Assembly: GCA_963771075.1 (NCBI GenBank)
Contig: CAVYSE010000003.1
Span: forward strand, 256,001-320,000
Reading direction: 5' to 3'
DNA from: a candidate division FCPU426 bacterium
GTDB taxonomy: Bacteria > Oederibacteriota > Muellerivitia > Muellerivitales > Muellerivitaceae
Length of the DNA stretch: 64,000 nucleotides
The position numbers and the translations under genes are program-made. Under the pieces are notes generated by a model, which was not told the DNA's origin, made no database searches, and saw only the letters and a program-made list of their open reading frames with translations. Below are positions 13,136 to 23,486 of the stretch, piece after piece (the first letter of the stretch is position 1; the number at the start of each line of letters is the position of its first letter).

Positions 13136-13339
13136 TTTTCTTCAACTTTCTGACCTACCGTCAAGCTAAGGACCTATTCCCGGAACACAGAAGAAAAACA
13201 TCATCTCAAGATAAGATTCGGTGAAAAATCTTTCAATACGAGTTCAATGATTAAATTCATTTAATAGATGACCCAATTTCATATTCTGGTAATCAAATTT
13301 AAGACGAGATGACAATTCGTTATAATGCCTTCTGATCCA

Positions 13340-15526
13340 ATGAAAGCTATCTTCAGCCATACCTCGAATCGTGTTTTATCCTTTGCCGGAGCTTTAGGTC
13401 TGGCTTTTTTAGGGCAGTTCCTCATCATTCAAAAAGACGATCCGACAACTATTTTTCCTGCGTTTATTCTCTATAGCCTAGCGATTTGGATCTTTTTAAG
13501 GACCGTTCCCCCTCAAACAACCGAACCCCTCCCAGCACCCGAGCCTTTCACTCTTTTTGAAGGAATCGCGTTAGCCCTGATCTTAATTATTTCCTTGGCC
13601 ATGAGGCTATACCGCTTTAATGATTACCCAAACGGACTTTTTACCGACGAGGGATGCTCAGCCTGGATTGGTTATAAGATTGCACACGAAAATTGGCACC
13701 TTATTCAAAACATGGGGTATTTTTTCCCCTTTTATCCCAATTACATTTCCAATGCTTATTGGTCAGCTATTTGGTTTAAATTTTTTGGCCCGACGCAAAA
13801 CAATTTTTATTTTTTTTCGGTATTCTTGGGTCTGCTTGCTTTTCCAGCAATCTACTGGACCTTTCGTCAATGGAGTGGCCCGAGGATAGCCCTCTTAACC
13901 CTCTTCATCCTTTCGGTCATGCGTTGGCATGTAACTTATAGCCGTTCCGGACATCCCGCGATTGAAATTCTTATCTACATTTTCTTTGCGCTTGCCCTTT
14001 GGACCAAAGGAATACGGTCGGCCAATATGTGGTATTTGGTTCCAGCGACTTTAATTACATCTGTGGGCTTTTTGGCATACCAGGCTTATTACGCTTTCCT
14101 GATATTCCTAACTCTTTTCTTGTTACTCGAATGGCGAAACAGTGCATGGAAAACCAAATCTTTATGGACGACTTTAGCTTGTGTCTATTTGACTTCAATA
14201 TTCATTGGAAGGCCATATTTTCAATACTTGGCACAACGGGGGGGGCCAGGAATGCCAGGTAAGGGTTCCGCTTTCTTTTCCATTCAATGGAATCGAGAAG
14301 GTCTGCGATCTATTTGTGCTCACTGTCTAGAATCGCTCCTTCAATTTAATCGATCTGGAGATCCTTGGCCCATCCATAATCTTCCTTACCACAGGCTGTT
14401 GGACGACGTTACGAGCGTTTTTTTTATTCTGGGCTTTTTCCTGGCTTGTACGCGTCTTTCCTGGCGGCAATACCTTTACGCACTCCTTGGATTGGTGTTA
14501 ATGAGTTTGCCTGCAGTTCTCTCACAATTTCCTATAAGCGCCAGCCGAATGATCGGCACCGCTCCCTTCATCGCTTTTCTAGCCGCCCTTGGAATGGAAG
14601 AAGTTTACGATCAATTGAAAAACGCTTCATCTCTTTGCGTATCCAAGGCAAGCAGCATTTTCGTAACTGGGATGTTCATCTTGATGGCTTATCAAAATTT
14701 CCACGTTTATTTTGATGAGCAAGCTCGAAATTATGATTGTCGTTTAACCGACAACCCAAAAGAAACGGCTGTCGGCAATGCCGTAGCGAACACCGGAAAC
14801 ACCTGCGAGGATTACCTGTCCACACGATTCTTCCGACACTACACTGTGCTGTTTTTAGGTTATGGGCAAACCAAACACATGCATGAATTATCTTTACCCG
14901 AGTCGCTCTCACTCCCCGAATGGAACCCGGGGCAGTCCGTCCTCTTCGCCCTGGAAGAAGGCCAAACCGGTGTCTTGGGGCTGATTCAATCTCTCTATCC
15001 CGGGGGTGAACAATGGTTTTTAAAAGACTCGCGGGGTCATAACCTGGTTTACTTCTATAAGATTTCTCAAGTGATCGCCCAAGAAGGCCGCCGGAAAGCT
15101 CAACAATTCCTTCAATCCAATTTCGGATTATGGGGTTTTTATTGGCCGACTATGGACCACCGTGGGCCACCGATCCTTCGTCACAATGATCCCTTAATTA
15201 ATTTTACCTTCAGGAATGATTTTCCCCTGCGTCAGTTCCCTCCCTTGAGGGTTGTCTGGAAAGGGTTCTTAACCACGCCCCTAAAAGGGAAATACCAATT
15301 CTTGGCACTCTCGACCAACTCTTTGAATATGGACTTGGATGGTAAAGAAATTCTTTCAGCTGAGAACCAGGAATCCAAGGGGCTTCCTCTAAAAAAAGGC
15401 CGTTATAGGATTGAGCTAACGTTTCTAAAAGAATCTGGGACAGATACCGCTTTGAGTTTTTTATGGAAGAAACCGGGAGCCACCCAATATGAGGTGGTTC
15501 CCTACAATGTTCTCCAAAGGAACTGA
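13340..15526 (+). CDS. PMT/ArnT-like (GT-C) membrane glycosyltransferase with C-terminal PA14-like domain
   Basis: Many TM helices, RLYR...PNGLFTDE loop, WHVTYSR; C-terminal DPLINF...VVWKGFL...GKYQF...LWKKPG; start may be 13325. Confidence 0.75.
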   Translation: MKAIFSHTSNRVLSFAGALGLAFLGQFLIIQKDDPTTIFPAFILYSLAIWIFLRTVPPQTTEPLPAPEPFTLFEGIALALILIISLAMRLYRFNDYPNGLFTDEGCSAWIGYKIAHENWHLIQNMGYFFPFYPNYISNAYWSAIWFKFFGPTQNNFYFFSVFLGLLAFPAIYWTFRQWSGPRIALLTLFILSVMRWHVTYSRSGHPAIEILIYIFFALALWTKGIRSANMWYLVPATLITSVGFLAYQAYYAFLIFLTLFLLLEWRNSAWKTKSLWTTLACVYLTSIFIGRPYFQYLAQRGGPGMPGKGSAFFSIQWNREGLRSICAHCLESLLQFNRSGDPWPIHNLPYHRLLDDVTSVFFILGFFLACTRLSWRQYLYALLGLVLMSLPAVLSQFPISASRMIGTAPFIAFLAALGMEEVYDQLKNASSLCVSKASSIFVTGMFILMAYQNFHVYFDEQARNYDCRLTDNPKETAVGNAVANTGNTCEDYLSTRFFRHYTVLFLGYGQTKHMHELSLPESLSLPEWNPGQSVLFALEEGQTGVLGLIQSLYPGGEQWFLKDSRGHNLVYFYKISQVIAQEGRRKAQQFLQSNFGLWGFYWPTMDHRGPPILRHNDPLINFTFRNDFPLRQFPPLRVVWKGFLTTPLKGKYQFLALSTNSLNMDLDGKEILSAENQESKGLPLKKGRYRIELTFLKESGTDTALSFLWKKPGATQYEVVPYNVLQRN

Positions 15527-15529
15527 TGG

Positions 15530-17227
15530 TTAAAACTTAGGAAGGTAGATTCGCGCCTCTTCTTTCGGCAATCCACGTCCTAGTGCCTCGAAATATGCGA
15601 AGGGCGGAGCCGAAGCCAAAGGGCTTCCCCTATCGGGAAAGGCTTTACCCGGAATTTCATAGCAAAGCCAGGTCGATCCTATCTTTTTCGTCGGGGCGAC
15701 TCGGGTTATCCAACTGGCCAAAATTGGATTAGCCCCAGGAATGAAGGCCGGTCCGAGCTGAAGGAAGGAAGCATTAACGGCATAAACCCAGCCAGGCTGG
15801 GGCCCCTTTAAATCCTGTTCGGTCCAGTAGGACCAATCCATCCCGTAAAAAGCCGGGTCGCAAGCGCCCATATAGGCCAGCTTGACGTGCTTCCAACCGA
15901 ACCGAGTAGCCGCCTGGGACAAACGCCGGGTGTCCTGTCCCAAATCCAGGTTTGAATCACCCAAATAAAAAAGTTTAGATTTCATCCCTACCAGCGGATT
16001 GAAATAGCTCACATGGGCGGGAAAGGCCAAAGCCACGTTTAAAGCTTGCAGGTCCAACAACAGGACCAGGCCCGCCCGGAAAAAAATTTGTGAGGAAGTC
16101 CGATTCCAAAGCCATTGGCCCCCCCGTGCGGCGACCAGAATGAGAAAGGGATAGATGGGGAGGATCTCCCGAATACCAATGTTGGCGAAAGGCATAACGG
16201 CCAAATATAGAACGAGAGGAGACATCCATTGCCAGAGTGGAATTTTTATTTTTCCCAAGAGCGCCAGTGCGACTCCCAAACCAGCCAGAATCAATAATGC
16301 GGGAGGGCTCTTGAGCAGAATCGCCAACGGGAAATAGAAGAGATGGTTTTGGTGGGATAACTCACCCCAAAAATAGGTTGCGTAACCTGAATAGCCGGAA
16401 AGCCCCCGAAACCCTTCCCAAAAATATCGATAGGGTGATAGATGTCCGGGAATTACCAAAGTTCCAGGTAGATATATTAGGCCAATCCAGAGGATGACCC
16501 CCGCGAAAACCATGAGCCAAGCGAACCCCCTTCCTTTAACAATCGATTCCCCTCCCGTTTCCCTTCTGACTCCTTCCCGGCCAAATAGTCCCAAGAGCAG
16601 GAATATCGGGGCCAGGACCCCTGCGGAATATTTACTGGTCAGGGCCATGGCTCCGACTAGGCCAGCGAAAAAAGCTCTTCTATTGGTGGGTTTTTTCTGG
16701 AACCACCGGAAACATAATAAAGCAGCAAGAAAAAAAAAGGTAACGGGGATATCCGCCATCGCCACACCAGAAAAGGCCAGAAGATTGGGTTCAAACGCCC
16801 AGAGCGTGAGGGTTGTAAGGAGAAAAACAATGGATTCTCCCTGGGAAGTCCATAACAGCAGAAGCCCTACCCCAATCCCCAAAAGAAAGCTTACTCCCCG
16901 CGCCAAGGCCAACGCCGAAATACATTGGTCGGGGTTCAGAACAAAGAAGAAATTATAGGCTCTTCTTTCGGGGTTGTCGAAATGGACGGTGGTTTTATCC
17001 CGCAAATCCAAAGCCCTGAGGGGCAAGGCTTGAAGAACCTTGGGGAAGGGAGGATGACCCGGGTGGGAAATAACATCCCCTTTCCAATAATAGTAGCCAT
17101 TCACCACATCACCTATCTCATCGCCTCCCGGAGAATCCGAAGTGAGTCTGGGAAGCACTTGAAAACCGAAGAGGATGGCAAAAAAACAAAAAAGAACAAA
17201 GGGCCGGGAAAAGAGAAAGCGATTCAC
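15530..17227 (-). CDS. PMT/ArnT-like (GT-C) membrane glycosyltransferase
   Basis: DSPGGDE, HPPFPK, FEPNLLA, ALTSKYS, DSNLDLGQD; multi-TM. Confidence 0.78.
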   Translation of the reverse strand: MNRFLFSRPFVLFCFFAILFGFQVLPRLTSDSPGGDEIGDVVNGYYYWKGDVISHPGHPPFPKVLQALPLRALDLRDKTTVHFDNPERRAYNFFFVLNPDQCISALALARGVSFLLGIGVGLLLLWTSQGESIVFLLTTLTLWAFEPNLLAFSGVAMADIPVTFFFLAALLCFRWFQKKPTNRRAFFAGLVGAMALTSKYSAGVLAPIFLLLGLFGREGVRRETGGESIVKGRGFAWLMVFAGVILWIGLIYLPGTLVIPGHLSPYRYFWEGFRGLSGYSGYATYFWGELSHQNHLFYFPLAILLKSPPALLILAGLGVALALLGKIKIPLWQWMSPLVLYLAVMPFANIGIREILPIYPFLILVAARGGQWLWNRTSSQIFFRAGLVLLLDLQALNVALAFPAHVSYFNPLVGMKSKLFYLGDSNLDLGQDTRRLSQAATRFGWKHVKLAYMGACDPAFYGMDWSYWTEQDLKGPQPGWVYAVNASFLQLGPAFIPGANPILASWITRVAPTKKIGSTWLCYEIPGKAFPDRGSPLASAPPFAYFEALGRGLPKEEARIYLPKF

Positions 17228-17289
17228 ATTTCTATTTTAACAAAGGACATCGAAATGAAAGCACATTGAAAACACACCCTGAAACACCT

Positions 17290-18708
17290 TTATCTTCTTG
17301 GCATGTTATCCTCAATAGTCCGGTAAGATGGGTTTTTGGGTAATTCTTCCAGGTCAAACCCCTTGTTCGCGATGACCTTTTTGTACCAATGGGCGCTTTT
17401 CTTGTAGGTGCGCTTCAAGGTCTTGAAATCCACATAGATCAGGCCGAACCGGGGGTCATACCCTTGCGCCCACTCGAAATTATCCATTAGCGACCATGCG
17501 TAATAACCCGACACCCTCACCCCCTCGGCCATGGCCCGTCGAACGGCGGTCAAGTAGTGGCCCAGATAATGGATACGGGTGTCATCGTTGATAGTTTGTT
17601 CCAGCGTGCGGTAGGAATCCCGGGTACAGGTGCCGTTTTCGGTGATGAGCATGTGCTTGAAATCGTATTTTTTCTGTAAGGAAACCAGGAGGTCATAAAG
17701 GGCGATGGGGTCCACCTGCCAACGCATGTCGTTGACGAAAGACCCCGCGGGCATGGTCCCGTCGTTGTCAAAGGGGCCTACACCCGGGGCGTAACGCGCG
17801 TAGGACGGGAAATAATGGTTCACTCCCAAAAAGTCGATGGGTTCGGCGATCACCTTCAGGTCCTCCTCGCGGTAGCCGGAGGGCTTGCCGGCGAACTCAA
17901 AGAAAAACTCGGGATAACCCCTCCCCGCACCGGGTTCGAGGAAAATGCCGCGTTGAAGGGTGCTGAGATTTTCAGCGTGTCTCACATCCGCCGTGCTAGA
18001 GGTGACCGGTCGGAATGGGTTCAGCGCGTGGACCCAGCCGATCTCGCCCCTAAGGCCCGAATCCCGGAAGGCCCTCACCCCCAGGCCGTGGGATAGATTG
18101 ATGTGATGAACAGCGTTGGCGTAGGCCGATTTGTCTTGCTTGCCGGGAGGAAAATGCCCCTGCAAAAAACCCAGCTGGGCGGTGCAGACAGGTTCATTGT
18201 GCGTGGCCCAGTAGGAGACGTCCCGGCCCAGCTTTTGGAAGACCGACTCGGCGTATTCCCCGAAGGCGAGGGCGGTTTCCCGGTTTTCCCAGCCACCCTT
18301 CGCCCAACTAGGCACCTCCCAATGGAAAAGGGTGAGGGAGGGATCAATGCCGGCCTTCTTCAGCTCATCGAGCAATCGGCGGTAGAAATCCAATCCATTT
18401 TCGTTGACGCGCCCCCTATCGGGTACGATCCGGGGCCAGGATAGGGAGAAGCGGTAAGCTTTTAGCCCCAGGTCTTTCATGAGGGCCACATCTTCTTTAT
18501 ATTGATGATAATGGTCGCAGGCGACATCGGCGTTGTCGCCGTTTGCAATTTTGCCTGGAGTGTGAGTCCATTCGTACCAATTGCTTGGGGTAGCGCCGTC
18601 GGCCAAGGGATGGCCTTCAAACTGGAATGAACTGGTAGCGGCCCCCCATAGGAAGTTTTCAGGAAAAGAAATAATATGGGAACTCAAGCGGGCCCTTTCA
18701 GTCGGCAT
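17290..18708 (-). CDS. Glycoside hydrolase family 1 beta-glucosidase
   Basis: FLWGAATSSFQFEG, YRFSLSWPR, catalytic NEP and ITENG, WSLMDNFEW; start may be TTG 18687. Confidence 0.95.
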   Translation of the reverse strand: MPTERARLSSHIISFPENFLWGAATSSFQFEGHPLADGATPSNWYEWTHTPGKIANGDNADVACDHYHQYKEDVALMKDLGLKAYRFSLSWPRIVPDRGRVNENGLDFYRRLLDELKKAGIDPSLTLFHWEVPSWAKGGWENRETALAFGEYAESVFQKLGRDVSYWATHNEPVCTAQLGFLQGHFPPGKQDKSAYANAVHHINLSHGLGVRAFRDSGLRGEIGWVHALNPFRPVTSSTADVRHAENLSTLQRGIFLEPGAGRGYPEFFFEFAGKPSGYREEDLKVIAEPIDFLGVNHYFPSYARYAPGVGPFDNDGTMPAGSFVNDMRWQVDPIALYDLLVSLQKKYDFKHMLITENGTCTRDSYRTLEQTINDDTRIHYLGHYLTAVRRAMAEGVRVSGYYAWSLMDNFEWAQGYDPRFGLIYVDFKTLKRTYKKSAHWYKKVIANKGFDLEELPKNPSYRTIEDNMPRR

Positions 18709-18774
18709 TGCTAAGTGTGTCAGTTTAGGGGATCGCAAATTCGATAAGAACAAAAAAACAAAGAAAGCCTTTTC

Positions 18775-19326
18775 ATGGAAAAACCCATCACGAAAATCGG
18801 AAATCTGATTTTAAGGCGCAAAACACATGACCTATCCTCCCAGGAAGCGGTTTCATCAAAGCTGCATGCTTTTTTGAAACAAATGGTAACCACCATGAGA
18901 AATTTCCAAGGCGTCGGGTTGGCCGCCAACCAGGTAGGAGACCCCCGGCGGATCTTGGTGATGGAATGCCGGGGCAATAAACGCTATCCCAACCGGCCCT
19001 CCTTCCCACTTCAAACTTATCTCAACGCACGAATCGTTAAATATTCCGGGAAAAAAATAAAGGATTGGGAGGGTTGTTTGAGCATCCCAGGCTATCGAGG
19101 GTTGGTTCCTCGTTCCTATTCGGTCGTGCTGGAAGCCATGTCCTTGAGCGGAAAAAAGATCCGCCGGACCTACAAAGGATTTGAGGCCCGGGTAATTCAA
19201 CATGAGGTGGACCATCTCAATGGTCTTTTTTACATCGATCGAATGGAAGACTTTCGTTCGTATTTCCACTTAGAGGAATTCGAAAATAAAATGAACATCA
19301 AAATCCGGGAGAAAAGATCGCGGTGA
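18775..19326 (+). CDS. def: Peptide deformylase
   Basis: GVGLAANQ, EGCLS, QHEVDHLNG. Confidence 0.95.
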   Translation: MEKPITKIGNLILRRKTHDLSSQEAVSSKLHAFLKQMVTTMRNFQGVGLAANQVGDPRRILVMECRGNKRYPNRPSFPLQTYLNARIVKYSGKKIKDWEGCLSIPGYRGLVPRSYSVVLEAMSLSGKKIRRTYKGFEARVIQHEVDHLNGLFYIDRMEDFRSYFHLEEFENKMNIKIREKRSR

Positions 19327-19784
19327 AAATTTATCTGATGCGCCATGGAAACTCGGTGACGTCTGGGCCGGGGCATCTAAAAGCCTTGTCAACCCGGGGC
19401 GAAAAAGAAGTAACCAAGGTGGGTGGTTGGCTTCAAAAGAACCAAATCAATCCAAAAGCCATTTGGCATAGTCCACTCCCCCGAGCCGCCCAAACCGCGG
19501 CGTTGATCCAGAAGGCTATCGGTTTTCCGGGGGAGGGGTTGATCGAAAAACCGGAATTATCGCCTGAGGGCAACCCTACGGAAATCATTAGGGAAATTCA
19601 TATGCAAATCAGTGATCTACTTTTGGTAAGCCACCTTCCCTTTTTAAAAGGCTTCGCGTGTCACTTTTTTGACCCCGAAACGACTCCGGAAGCCTTTGAA
19701 TTCCACACAGCTGGAATTTGCGCCTTAGATCTCGGCAAAGGAAAAAGCACATGGCTTTGGACTCTTTCTCCAGATGATTTGTAA
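19323..19784 (+). CDS. sixA: SixA-like histidine phosphatase
   Basis: IYLMRHG, SPLPRAAQTA, LLVSHLP; GTGA overlap with def. Confidence 0.85.
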   Translation: MKIYLMRHGNSVTSGPGHLKALSTRGEKEVTKVGGWLQKNQINPKAIWHSPLPRAAQTAALIQKAIGFPGEGLIEKPELSPEGNPTEIIREIHMQISDLLLVSHLPFLKGFACHFFDPETTPEAFEFHTAGICALDLGKGKSTWLWTLSPDDL

Positions 19785-19901
19785 AGTGATTTGATTTTCG
19801 GCAACGATGCAAAAAGTATTTTAAACTATTGCATTTTCAATCGGCCCCATGAACAATTTCATTCAAGCCTGTCACAAAATAGTCACCCTGTGAAAAGCCT
19901 G

Positions 19902-19910
19902 TGTTATAAT
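19902..19910 (+). promoter_or_regulatory. Extended -10 promoter element
   Basis: TGTTATAAT 50 nt upstream of ATG 19961; AGGAGG SD downstream. Confidence 0.65.
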
Positions 19911-19960
19911 TTTTGTTTGTAGCCATACACGCGATTCAACCCGTCTAGGAGGTTCGGTTC

Positions 19961-21754
19961 ATGTCCACTGCCACATCGGTCGTCAATGGGGTCCACTTCG
20001 AGAAGTTGATGGAGGGCTTGGACGATGAGACCCGTAAATCGGTGGAGGACGGGCTTGTATTTTTCTCCAACGACGCCGACACATCGGCCGGAGCGGAAAA
20101 ACTAAGGGCCGACAAACTTCGTACCGCCTACAACAACCTGGTGGATGCCCTGGTCACGACCCGTTTGAATGATTTGAACGGCCAGCAGGCCACCTTTCTT
20201 TGCACGGGAGCGCTTGCCGACACGGTAACCGTCCAATCCGCGGGCGGAAAAACGATGGAACTTCTTCCAACCCCCTTCTATGAGTTCCTTCTCCAAATGT
20301 GCACAAACCCCAGTCCCGAACCCCTGCCCTTCCCTGTTTACTCGGTCATGGAAAAATACACCGCCATCGCGAAGGGGGAGCTCTTGGCCCTGACCATGGG
20401 GGACGAGCGCAAAAAGGCGCTGCGGAACAGTCCCCAGGATCAAAAGCGTGCCCGGGATGAGCAGAAACGCAAAATCGATCAGTTGAAGAGTGAAATCGGA
20501 ATGTCGGTTAACCAAATCGATACTTATTTCCCCAAGGTCCTCAATAGCATGAATGAGACCGCCCTGAAGAACGCCAAGGTGGGCGTGGAGATGATGAAAA
20601 AAGTCTCCCTTGCCTGGAGCAAAGGGGACGCCGCCAGCGCTCAAGAAAAAGCCCTCATTAACGCCTTTGAGGGAAAGATCGGGGCCACCGGGGCCAGCAT
20701 GGCCAAGTGGGTGGATGAGATCATCACCTATCTCTCCAAGGTAAGCGAAAACGCCAAAATGGTTGATGAGAAACACCAAAGCGTAATGCGGGCTTTCGGG
20801 GAAATCAACAAGATCGACAACTCCTCCACCGTGGTGACGGATATCCGCGGTCCGCTCTTTAACCCGGATACCATTTCCAGCATCCGCACCGACATCGACA
20901 CCACGAACGGGGTGAGCGTACGCACGGCCGAATCCTCCCCCTTAAAGGTATCCTTCAGCGCCTCCCGCGTGCTTCTCAACAAGCATTTCGGGGATGGGGA
21001 AGATTTCAAGGACCGCCTATGCACGCCCGCCAGCGTATCGGCCTCTCTTGAGAAAATCGTGGCCCTCCACACCAACCTTTTTCCGAAGGACTTCGAGGGA
21101 CGATTCGTGGTGCCTTACATCCTGATCGAACCCCTTCGAAATTTCGTGGATTTTTTCCAGGACCGTTTCATTATGTCCTTGGTTTCCGGCGAACAAGTCC
21201 GCAAGGGACCTTTCGTGACTTTCAGCCCGGTGGACGTTCAGGTCTTGCGCCTCTGCGCCCTTTTCCTGACCAAGGACCCCATCTACGATTACCGGGGAGA
21301 CATCAAGGTGGGTACCTTCATGGGCGACTATGTGGGGAAAATAGAGAAAACCACCAAGGTCAAATGGGCTGGACAGGACAAGAAGTTCACCCTTGCCTCG
21401 ACCCAAAGCATGCAGGACACTGCCAGCCGAGAGGACGGAATTAACGACTACATCGACTTCATGAACGCCATGGCTAACAACATCGCCCCCTCCCCCAAGA
21501 TCAGCAAGCGCAAAATCGCCATTCTGCTTCGTTATGTCCTTTTTGACCGGCTTGAAAAAAACATCGCGGGCCTGTTGAAATTGGTGGCACAGACCGACCC
21601 CGCCGAAGCCAAGGACGCCATTCTGTCCTTTGTACGCGAGGATGTGGACAAGGCCAAGGACTTGATACGGGAAGCGGTTAAGTTCGATCCCCAGGCCTCC
21701 AAGATGTTCAGCGACAACCCCGATTTCGCCATCATGAGGGTCTTCGGCCGCTAA
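19961..21754 (+). CDS. Hypothetical cytoplasmic protein, 597 aa, coiled-coil centre
   Basis: Long ORF with AGGAGG SD, C/G-ending codon bias, own terminator; no recognised motif. Confidence 0.85.
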   Translation: MSTATSVVNGVHFEKLMEGLDDETRKSVEDGLVFFSNDADTSAGAEKLRADKLRTAYNNLVDALVTTRLNDLNGQQATFLCTGALADTVTVQSAGGKTMELLPTPFYEFLLQMCTNPSPEPLPFPVYSVMEKYTAIAKGELLALTMGDERKKALRNSPQDQKRARDEQKRKIDQLKSEIGMSVNQIDTYFPKVLNSMNETALKNAKVGVEMMKKVSLAWSKGDAASAQEKALINAFEGKIGATGASMAKWVDEIITYLSKVSENAKMVDEKHQSVMRAFGEINKIDNSSTVVTDIRGPLFNPDTISSIRTDIDTTNGVSVRTAESSPLKVSFSASRVLLNKHFGDGEDFKDRLCTPASVSASLEKIVALHTNLFPKDFEGRFVVPYILIEPLRNFVDFFQDRFIMSLVSGEQVRKGPFVTFSPVDVQVLRLCALFLTKDPIYDYRGDIKVGTFMGDYVGKIEKTTKVKWAGQDKKFTLASTQSMQDTASREDGINDYIDFMNAMANNIAPSPKISKRKIAILLRYVLFDRLEKNIAGLLKLVAQTDPAEAKDAILSFVREDVDKAKDLIREAVKFDPQASKMFSDNPDFAIMRVFGR

Positions 21755-21790
21755 ATTCATAACGAACCTTCTTCCAACACCATAACGATC

Positions 21791-21820
21791 AAGGGGCCGG
21801 GTGACAAACCCGCCCCTTTT
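21791..21820 (+). terminator. Intrinsic terminator
   Basis: AAGGGG-C-CGGG-loop-CCCG-CCCCTTTT. Confidence 0.65.
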
Positions 21821-21863
21821 CATTGATAATGCCCCGCCGCTATTTCCTTTGGGGAGCCCTGGC

Positions 21864-22409
21864 ATGAATAAACTCGTAGCCCTTTCCGCCATCGGCAGTG
21901 ATCGCCCCGGGATTGTGGCGGCTTTGGCCCAGGTGCTCTATGAAACAGGCTGTAACTTGGAAGATTCCTCCATGACCCGGTTAAAAGGCAATTTCGCCAT
22001 CCTTCTCCTGGTTTCCTTGCCGGAAAAGGCCAACTTCGATCACCTCTCCCAAACCATAAAAAAAACCGCGGAAAAGCTGGGTTTGACTCTTTCCATAAGG
22101 GAGCTTTCGGCATCTGAAGCCTCCATCCAGCCCGGCGCCTCCTTGCCCTACACCCTGGTAGTTTACGGTGTGGACCACCCGGGGATCGTGTACCAGGTCG
22201 CCCAAAAGCTTTCAGCCCTGTCCATCAACATTACGGATCTGCGCACCCATATGACCCAATCCAAGGGAAATCCCCTCTATTCCATGATCATGGAAATTGA
22301 AATTTCAAGCCAATCCGCCGCAGGTGAATTAAAAAAGGAGATGGAATCCTTGGCCCGCGAATTAAGGGTGGAAATGACCCTCAACCCGGTCGAGGTGGAC
22401 GAACTTTAA
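21864..22409 (+). CDS. GcvR-like tandem ACT-domain protein
   Basis: Two ACT repeats GSDRPGIV and GVDHPGIV; ATG 21864 after GGGGAG. Confidence 0.85.
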   Translation: MNKLVALSAIGSDRPGIVAALAQVLYETGCNLEDSSMTRLKGNFAILLLVSLPEKANFDHLSQTIKKTAEKLGLTLSIRELSASEASIQPGASLPYTLVVYGVDHPGIVYQVAQKLSALSINITDLRTHMTQSKGNPLYSMIMEIEISSQSAAGELKKEMESLARELRVEMTLNPVEVDEL

Positions 22410-22411
22410 TC

Positions 22412-22938
22412 ATGGCCGTTCGAACCATCCTCACTTATCCAGACCCGCTTTTGAAACAAGTATCGGTGGGAGCAGACTTGAAAGACCCGGGGTGGAAGAG
22501 CTTTTCGTGGATTTGGGGGATACCCTTCGGGCCTTTCCCGGTTGCGTGGGCTTAGCCGCACCCCAGGTCGGAGCCATGGTTCGGTGCCTGGTTGTGGATG
22601 TTTCGGCATCTTCCCGCGCAGGTCAAAGCCATGGCCTCCTCCAACTGGCCAACCCCCGGCTCGTCGAGGCCAGCCAGTGGAAAATAAGCCGGGAAGGTTG
22701 CTTAAGTTTTCCGAACCTGTTGGCCAACGTGAAAAGGGCGCAAAAAATACGCGTTTCAGCCCTGGACCCGTCTGGATTGCCGTTGGATTTGACATGTACG
22801 GGCTATGAGGCGGTGGCTATCCAGCACGAGATGGACCATTTGGACGGAATTCTATTCCTGGACCGGATTAGATCCTCCAAGGATCTTTTTGAAAGGCACA
22901 AACCCGGAACTCCGATTCCGGGAACGGAACCCATATGA
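22412..22938 (+). CDS. def: Second peptide deformylase (one G missing at 22489-22492)
   Basis: N-terminus MAVRTILTYPDPLLKQVS joins CVGLAAPQ, EGCLS, QHEMDHLDG after +1 base correction. Confidence 0.88.
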
Positions 22939-23486
22939 CGAATAAAGCCGAAACCAATATGGTCTGGATGGATTTGGAAATGTCGGGTTTGGACCCCAAG
23001 ACCTGCAAGATCCTGGAAATCGCCTCCCTGGTGACGGACAAGGACCTCAACGTATTGGCCCAGGGCCCCGCGCTGGTCGTGCACCAGCCGGAGGAAGTGC
23101 TCGCGGCCATGGATGACTGGAACAAGCACCACCACGGCCTTTCAGGCTTGACGGAAGCGGTTCGTAAATCCGTGATCAGCCTGGAGGATGCGGAAAAACA
23201 AACCCTGGCCTTCATTCAACAACAATGCCCGCCCAAGTCCAGCCCGCTTTGCGGGAACACCATCTACCAGGACCGGCGGTTTTTAATTGAGTACATGCCC
23301 ACGCTAGAGGCCTATTTGCATTACCGCCTGGTGGACGTGAGCACCATTAAGGAACTAGTAAAAAGGTGGTACGGACCTGAATATCAATCTCCCCAAAAGA
23401 AACAAAAACACAAAGCGCTGGAAGATATTCTAGAGACGATCGAGGAATTAAAGTTCTACCGGGAGAAGGTTTTCAAGACCTTTTAA
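22935..23486 (+). CDS. orn: Oligoribonuclease
   Basis: VWMDLEMSGL, PLCGNTIYQDRRFL, HYRLVDVSTIKEL, HKALEDI. Confidence 0.95.
   Translation: MTNKAETNMVWMDLEMSGLDPKTCKILEIASLVTDKDLNVLAQGPALVVHQPEEVLAAMDDWNKHHHGLSGLTEAVRKSVISLEDAEKQTLAFIQQQCPPKSSPLCGNTIYQDRRFLIEYMPTLEAYLHYRLVDVSTIKELVKRWYGPEYQSPQKKQKHKALEDILETIEELKFYREKVFKTF

Noticed and set aside
13136..13324. CIRCE/CtsR/HspR operator upstream of clpB
   Set aside because: No match to TTAGCACTC-N9-GAGTGCTAA, CtsR heptad repeats or a full HAIR; only a short CTGAC/GTCAA imperfect palindrome.
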